From a virus: DNA of 43,575 nt. Below, piece by piece: positions 38,897-43,575 of this stretch; position 1 is the stretch's first letter, and every line of letters starts with the position of its first letter. The translations under genes were made by a program, and so were the position numbers. The DNA is taken from IMG/VR virus record IMGVR_UViG_3300020215_000025. One strand, written 5' to 3'. The notes beneath the pieces are model-generated. The model saw only the letters and a program-made list of their open reading frames with translations, did not search any database and was not told where the DNA came from.

Positions 38897-39244
38897 TTAA
38901 AGTGCTCCGTATTCCTTAGCCTTCTTTTCAATCTGACTAATCTCATCCTTCGTTTTAAGAGCTCCGCGCCTTCTCAACTCACCTTTTAAACTTCCACTTG
39001 GATTAAAATTACCTTTAGAGTCTGATTGCCGCTTGATCGCTTTCACGAGACTGCGAGTATCATCAGATACTTTGTACGGCTTCTTCTTCGGCTCCACTTT
39101 TGGGTCGTAAGGAACATATCCGCCCTTTTTCATTTCATTCCTGTAATCTTCCTTCGTATGGATATACTTCCCCATCGCACTGTTATAGTGCGGGAAAAAT
39201 CCTTTGCGAGATTCCTTACCTTTAATGATGATTCCGAAGGCCAT
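38897..39244 (-). CDS. Basic protein with a related GGYVPYDPKV motif (115 aa)
   Basis: ATG 39244 (TAATG coupling); in frame with track ORF 38897..39265. Confidence 0.55.
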   Translation of the reverse strand: MAFGIIIKGKESRKGFFPHYNSAMGKYIHTKEDYRNEMKKGGYVPYDPKVEPKKKPYKVSDDTRSLVKAIKRQSDSKGNFNPSGSLKGELRRRGALKTKDEISQIEKKAKEYGAL

Positions 39245-39387
39245 TAGTTTAGTCCGTCCATCCATGCGTTATAAGATTTTCCGCAATCACAGTCATAAAA
39301 ACCTGGCAGTATACGCGCATACATCACACCGCTGCATTCCAGGCACATCATGCTCGGAGTTCCTATCGTAAGAATCCACTCACTCAC
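39244..39387 (-). CDS. Small zinc-ribbon protein (47 aa, GTG start; or ATG 39351)
   Basis: MMCLECSGVMYARILPGFYDCDCGKSY; GTGA overlap with the portal stop. Confidence 0.4.
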   Translation of the reverse strand: MSEWILTIGTPSMMCLECSGVMYARILPGFYDCDCGKSYNAWMDGLN

Positions 39388-41438
39388 AGCGTACCGACAG
39401 ATTCAACGCCCGGAGCCTTTAATCGTACCGGCTGCCCTTCTCTTGGCGCATTCTTCTCAGCTTCCATCTCAGCAAGTTGTGACTGCACCATGATAAGCTC
39501 ATTAAGCATGTCTGAAACGCGACCTTCTAACTCAAAGATCTTCTTCACAGCCATGTAAACACTGAGGCGAGCGCCATGATCTTGCCCTTCAGCCGGCGGA
39601 GAAGGAGGAGGAGCGCCCATAAGAGCCGCTTCCGTATTCGCCTGAGCCGCACGAAGCTCAGCTACGGATGCGAATCCTTCGGACTCTTCCGGTCTAATAG
39701 AACGAAATACTTCAGGGTCACGAATCTTAAGACGTAAAAGCAAATTCTCAATGATTGGCGATATGTTGAACGTCTTACCTTCCTGCTGAAGTTTCTGGAA
39801 AATGCCAGGATTGTTTATTGCCTCAAACATAAGGTTAAGCACAGCCTGTAACTCCTGAATCTCCTTTTCCGGATTCTCAGGAAGCATCGAGATCACATCA
39901 ATCTCAACATCTACATCTGCCTGAACCTCTTCCTTCGATGGCTTTTCCGACCACTGCGTGTCTAAGCTACCCGTAATGCGTACCGCTTCCTCATACGGAA
40001 GAAACTGTTTCAGCAACTGGTTTATATATAGAAGAGAGTCCTTCAAGAAATCACTCATTAAATCCTGCCGGAACGCTGGACGGGCTGAAGAACCAGCCAC
40101 GCGCTGCTTCACAGAATAGGCAGACTCTTCGCCGGACCGCAAAACACCTTTCCGAATCTCATTCACACCCGACTTCTCATCTAAATTCTGCTGAATACGG
40201 CCATCAAGCATATACAACTCACCCGATGCCTGACCGCCAGGAGTCGCAATCGCAATCTTTCCTGTCGCAGCTCCCTCAACGCCAATGATCTGCTGCTCAC
40301 CCGATTCAATGCGCGCCACTGTCTGCTCATCCATATTCGTTTTATCAAACAGAATAACGACCTTGGAGTTACACTGCGCATTCCTGAGCTGCATATTCAC
40401 AATCAGGTTCTTATGATCCACAATCTCGCCAAAAACTTCCGTATCAGCCATGCCGAATATTTGGTCAGGCACTTCGTTAAACATGAGCACCTTGCCCGGC
40501 CAGCCTTCCGCCTTATACGGCCATGCGTTTTGACGCAAAGGCTTTTCCTGCTCCGGCGTATAGAGAATAATGTTCCCTTTACTACCGGAACGCTTCTCTT
40601 TCTTTGAAGGTCTTCGCAAAATCTCGTAAACGCGGGCGAAGCGTCCGCCAAGCCCCTTCTTGTATTCCTCATCCGTATAATCAAGGAGTGTTTTAGAACG
40701 TGAACTGAGCACCTTCGTATCAAATCCACCGTTCCCCATCGGACTCGGTTTATCCATATCAAGCGTTACGTTGTAACCCGGCTGCCCTTTAAGTTTAGGG
40801 TCAACATCAAGCGTGTCGTCTTCCTTTAAATCCTGTAAAGGCACTTCAAACACACGCGCAATCCAGCGCGCTTCATCAAGATTCGCAATCGTTACAGACG
40901 GGTCAAAGAGAAACTGGCGAGGAGAAAGCCTGCGCACGAACACCTTCTCATCCTGAATATATATAGATTGCTCCTCCGTCATTCCAAACTCACCCTTGTA
41001 GCCGTGCCACAGGATTCCATGCTTAAAGATAAGGGCGTCTAAGAGGCACCTACGCACCTCTTCCTTGTAACGAATCTGAGAAACGGTATAGTTCAGAATC
41101 GCTTCCTGCGTCTTAGCCGACTTGTTCGAGTCCATTACGACGGGAACCATGTTTCCGGTAAGCGGGTCACGCCTTTTTACAATGTAATTCTTGTTGCGCG
41201 GCTTCAGGAAGGCTCTAGGATTGCGGAAATAAATAGAAGGAAGTTCGTACTGCACAATCGGGTAAAGTTCGTTTAGGATGATGTCCCAATTTGATGCGAT
41301 AGCGGGAACATGCTTTCCTGTGTAGCGCTCCATCGCTTCCCGCATCTGCGGAAGCAGCTTATCCTCATTGACCTTTTCAGCCATGCGGATTTCATTGCGC
41401 AAACTATGAAGTTGCTCTTTGGAGAGTTTTTCGCTCAC
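39384..41438 (-). CDS. Portal protein (684 aa)
   Basis: Large ORF directly downstream of terL; size and acidic C-terminal half are typical of portals; call mainly by synteny. Confidence 0.75.
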   Translation of the reverse strand: MSEKLSKEQLHSLRNEIRMAEKVNEDKLLPQMREAMERYTGKHVPAIASNWDIILNELYPIVQYELPSIYFRNPRAFLKPRNKNYIVKRRDPLTGNMVPVVMDSNKSAKTQEAILNYTVSQIRYKEEVRRCLLDALIFKHGILWHGYKGEFGMTEEQSIYIQDEKVFVRRLSPRQFLFDPSVTIANLDEARWIARVFEVPLQDLKEDDTLDVDPKLKGQPGYNVTLDMDKPSPMGNGGFDTKVLSSRSKTLLDYTDEEYKKGLGGRFARVYEILRRPSKKEKRSGSKGNIILYTPEQEKPLRQNAWPYKAEGWPGKVLMFNEVPDQIFGMADTEVFGEIVDHKNLIVNMQLRNAQCNSKVVILFDKTNMDEQTVARIESGEQQIIGVEGAATGKIAIATPGGQASGELYMLDGRIQQNLDEKSGVNEIRKGVLRSGEESAYSVKQRVAGSSARPAFRQDLMSDFLKDSLLYINQLLKQFLPYEEAVRITGSLDTQWSEKPSKEEVQADVDVEIDVISMLPENPEKEIQELQAVLNLMFEAINNPGIFQKLQQEGKTFNISPIIENLLLRLKIRDPEVFRSIRPEESEGFASVAELRAAQANTEAALMGAPPPSPPAEGQDHGARLSVYMAVKKIFELEGRVSDMLNELIMVQSQLAEMEAEKNAPREGQPVRLKAPGVESVGTL

Positions 41439-41478
41439 GGATAAATAGTGTTACGGAAGATAACTATCGCATGTCAAG

Positions 41479-41510
41479 AGATTTTTATCGTATAATAGAA
41501 GATTTTTATC
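41479..41510. repeat. Two direct copies of AGATTTTTATC in the terL-portal spacer
   Basis: 41479-41489 and 41500-41510; the minus strand also carries TTGACA at 41474-41479. Confidence 0.5.
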
Positions 41511-43104
41511 TAAACGAGAGACCGGCTGGAACTTCGAACCATTTATGCTTTCCGGGATACTTATGAGTACGCTTTTGGACGGCAAGATGCGGTTTCTTGG
41601 TCTCTATCATGATGCGCCTGACGCGCTCAAATTCATCTTCTTCAGCATGGGGGGAGGAAGCGGCTTTGGGGTACTGGAGAAGCTGAACCAAACCTTGCGC
41701 TGCATCGGCCAGATCGTCATGCGCGCCGTATGGGAAGCGCGTTAGCTGGTACTCCAGCTCGCCCATATCTCGCTTGTGGTACATTACGTGTTGGGCGTAA
41801 CGCGGCTGCAACCTGATCTCTATACGCCTAATCTTGTCAGCGTCCCATACGAGTTCCTCGGTAAGAAGGAACTTCCCTCTCTTTTTCATCTCGCGTTTCA
41901 AAATGTACTGCACGACGTTCTCTAAGGCTGATTTTTCGAAACCGACCTTGACCGTACCGCTCGTTAACTTCTCCAGGTGTTCAGACATTACGAACAGATG
42001 CTCGGCTAGTTCTTCCGGTCTCATTCCTTTTTTAGTGACGTAGGATTCGAGCAGGATTTCCGAGTCTGGCGTAATGAGGCCGGGCATGAGGACCGACGAG
42101 TCTGACTCTCGTTTTTCTTTCCACGCGAGGTCGCACGCGATGGCAGCGCGGCAGTCTTTGAGGGAGCCTTTGGAGATGGGGCGATTATCTCGATCAAATA
42201 GCACATAGTCTTGTCCTTCTGCTTTCCAGTACCTGAAGTCTTCTTTCTTGAACCGGACGTTTGCTCCGGCAACAGGGTCGTTTTGGTATTCTTTCGCAAA
42301 GACAGACGGTTTCGTGCGTTCGAGCTCACGCAAGTAATCCAGGCTCCACTTTTCCGGCCAAAGAGAGCGAACATTGGGCTTACCCCAGTTTTCCCCTGCG
42401 CGGAAGAATATTTTTGAATACTCATGGTAATGCTCCTTTGAGGCGAGTTTCGCCATTTGACAATCATCATGCAGAATAGTTCCAACGAATATGTATTGGC
42501 AGACACCCTTTTCACCGGCTGGAATGAGCGCCGTATCGAAGTCTTCCTGTAATTGGAAGCGTCGCTCAATCGAGCGTACAAGTTCGTCATCTTCCATATC
42601 GTCTCCGATGATAAGGTCGGGCCGGTAAGCTCCAAACTTCACGCCACGTATGGAGCCGATTTGGTCTACGCCACGGCATAGAACAAGCGTCTTGAAGCCA
42701 TCGGGATGCTTGATAATCGAATCGCCTTCCGCATCCTTAATGATCTCGATGCCGGGAAAATGTTGACGAAACTCCTGATTCTCCCTTATTTCTGCCTTGA
42801 TAGACTCCAGCTGCATCGCGGCTTTCTTAAACGTATTCGATATGATCACGATGAAACGTTTCCTCTTGAACACGATGGCATGAAACGGGTAGAGAAACAC
42901 AAGCATGGTCGACTTCGCCGACTCACGAGGGGCTGCAACAGCTAACTGCCTGGACTCCATCGCTGCATCGACCATAATGAAATGAAAGGGCGGCGTTTTG
43001 AGCCTGAAATGGTGCTTGAAGTACATCTTTCCCCAAAGCATGGGGTCTTCAGCAAGGAATGGGTATAAATCGAGGTGTTCTTCCTGCGGCTTACTCTTCG
43101 GCAT
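41506..43104 (-). CDS. terL: Terminase large subunit
   Basis: ATPase region VAAPRESAKSTML and DLIIGDDMEDDE, plus a C-terminal nuclease half with acidic motifs. ATG 43104 (MPKSKPQEE) is preferred over the track start 43152. Confidence 0.85.
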   Translation of the reverse strand: MPKSKPQEEHLDLYPFLAEDPMLWGKMYFKHHFRLKTPPFHFIMVDAAMESRQLAVAAPRESAKSTMLVFLYPFHAIVFKRKRFIVIISNTFKKAAMQLESIKAEIRENQEFRQHFPGIEIIKDAEGDSIIKHPDGFKTLVLCRGVDQIGSIRGVKFGAYRPDLIIGDDMEDDELVRSIERRFQLQEDFDTALIPAGEKGVCQYIFVGTILHDDCQMAKLASKEHYHEYSKIFFRAGENWGKPNVRSLWPEKWSLDYLRELERTKPSVFAKEYQNDPVAGANVRFKKEDFRYWKAEGQDYVLFDRDNRPISKGSLKDCRAAIACDLAWKEKRESDSSVLMPGLITPDSEILLESYVTKKGMRPEELAEHLFVMSEHLEKLTSGTVKVGFEKSALENVVQYILKREMKKRGKFLLTEELVWDADKIRRIEIRLQPRYAQHVMYHKRDMGELEYQLTRFPYGAHDDLADAAQGLVQLLQYPKAASSPHAEEDEFERVRRIMIETKKPHLAVQKRTHKYPGKHKWFEVPAGLSFR

Positions 43105-43258
43105 AATAAAGCGTTTCCCCGCAGATCTCACAAGTGCAGTATTTGCCTCCACTCATGAGCTCACGCCAGCGCATCTCACCCCACACAATAGCATCACGCT
43201 CACCATGCGGGTGCTGGAAATCCATGTCACAGAAGTTGATCGTGCCGAATCGTTTCAT
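43091..43258 (-). CDS. Small Cys/His protein (55 aa) overlapping the terL start
   Basis: MKRFGTINFCDMDFQHPHGERDAIVWGEMRWRELMSGGKYCTCEICGETLYYAEE; no SD, starts 4 nt after the 21-bp motif. Confidence 0.4.
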   Translation of the reverse strand: MKRFGTINFCDMDFQHPHGERDAIVWGEMRWRELMSGGKYCTCEICGETLYYAEE

Positions 43259-43262
43259 ATTA

Positions 43263-43283
43263 GATTAAATCTATTATTAATAG
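43263..43283 (-). promoter_or_regulatory. 21-bp late-arm motif, copy 2
   Basis: Minus strand reads CTATTAATAATAGATTTAATC, preceded by TTTTTTTA; 20 of 21 positions match copy 1. Confidence 0.5.
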
Positions 43284-43301
43284 AGTAAGGAAGTAAAAAA
43301 A

Positions 43302-43436
43302 TTACGCCGAAATAAGTCCTAAATTGTAATTCTTTTTCATGCGCCGAAACACTCGCATAAATGGAAGCAGATTATTTTGAAGCTTCATGATCTTCGCAAC
43401 TTTTTTACGTAAACGTTTTGCAACTGAGTTTCGCAT
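43302..43436 (-). CDS. Possible 44-aa highly basic peptide between terS and terL
   Basis: MRNSVAKRLRKKVAKIMKLQNNLLPFMRVFRRMKKNYNLGLISA; GGAG 7 nt upstream. Confidence 0.3.
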   Translation of the reverse strand: MRNSVAKRLRKKVAKIMKLQNNLLPFMRVFRRMKKNYNLGLISA

Positions 43437-43448
43437 TCGTGTTCTCCA

Positions 43449-43575
43449 AAAAATTTTATTTCTGAAATTTCTGCGCCGCGCGTGAGAGTGGGGTTAACAA
43501 TGAAAACCCCCGCCACCCCTCCCCCGATTTACTTTTTGTTAACGGACGATTGTTCGCTTTGCTCTAGCCCTTGTG
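43449..43575. repeat. Terminal direct repeat, right copy (identical to 1..127)
   Basis: See left copy. Confidence 0.95.

Noticed and set aside
1-43575. Lysogeny module, integrase, tRNA-linked att site, toxin-antitoxin or known defence/anti-defence genes
   Set aside because: I searched the translated ORFs by eye for tyrosine or serine recombinase, excisionase, CI-type repressor and common defence motifs. Only small RHH-like and XRE-like regulators turned up. Absence cannot be proven without profile searches.

Overview
The window is a complete tailed-phage genome of about 43.45 kb, closed on itself. Bases 1-127 are identical to bases 43449-43575, which I read as an assembly overlap, so the unique length is 43448 bp.

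Gene layout: there are two arms that diverge at about 0.7-0.9 kb and converge at about 18.5 kb.
- Plus-strand early/middle arm (about 0.85-18.5 kb): more than 55 mostly tiny, tightly packed or overlapping genes. It is driven by three near-identical sigma70-type promoters (CTTGACAAG-N-TATAnT). I recognise an RHH-like and an XRE-type regulator, an AAA_25/RepA-like ATPase, a membrane-anchored lytic transglycosylase, and a recombination module (Cas4-like PD-(D/E)XK nuclease, Sak4-like AAA_24 ATPase, DUF669-like protein, RusA). It also carries a compact 351-aa TnpB/Cas12-like RuvC nuclease and an AP2-domain protein.
- Minus-strand late arm, which wraps through the window ends: terS, two small ORFs, terL, portal and seven coupled small ORFs, then a 376-bp structured leader. 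Next come scaffold, major capsid, small beta-rich proteins and a three-gene glycosyltransferase/methyltransferase block. These are followed by fibre-like proteins, a four-gene membrane/lipoprotein (lysis-like) cassette, tail proteins and three large internal-virion-like proteins.
- I saw no sheath, tube or tape-measure set, so the virion is probably podovirus-like. Lipoproteins and spanin-like genes suggest a diderm host with normal Shine-Dalgarno usage.
- I could not support any rRNA, canonical tRNA, CRISPR array, integrase or TnpA.

Most interesting observations:
1. The catalytically intact-looking TnpB-like nuclease has no IS ends or guide RNA that I could find.
2. A strongly structured N-CCA-ending element sits in the largest plus-strand gap nearby.
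3. A junction motif recurs regardless of reading frame at nearly every plus-strand gene boundary.
4. The AP2 gene has a textbook -1 frameshift signal.
5. A glycosylation/methylation block is embedded among virion genes.
6. A composite AT-rich double-box plus GC-hairpin element is present in three copies, two of which bracket the capsid-to-tail module in inverted orientation.

All calls come from reading the sequence and ORF track by eye. No searches were run.
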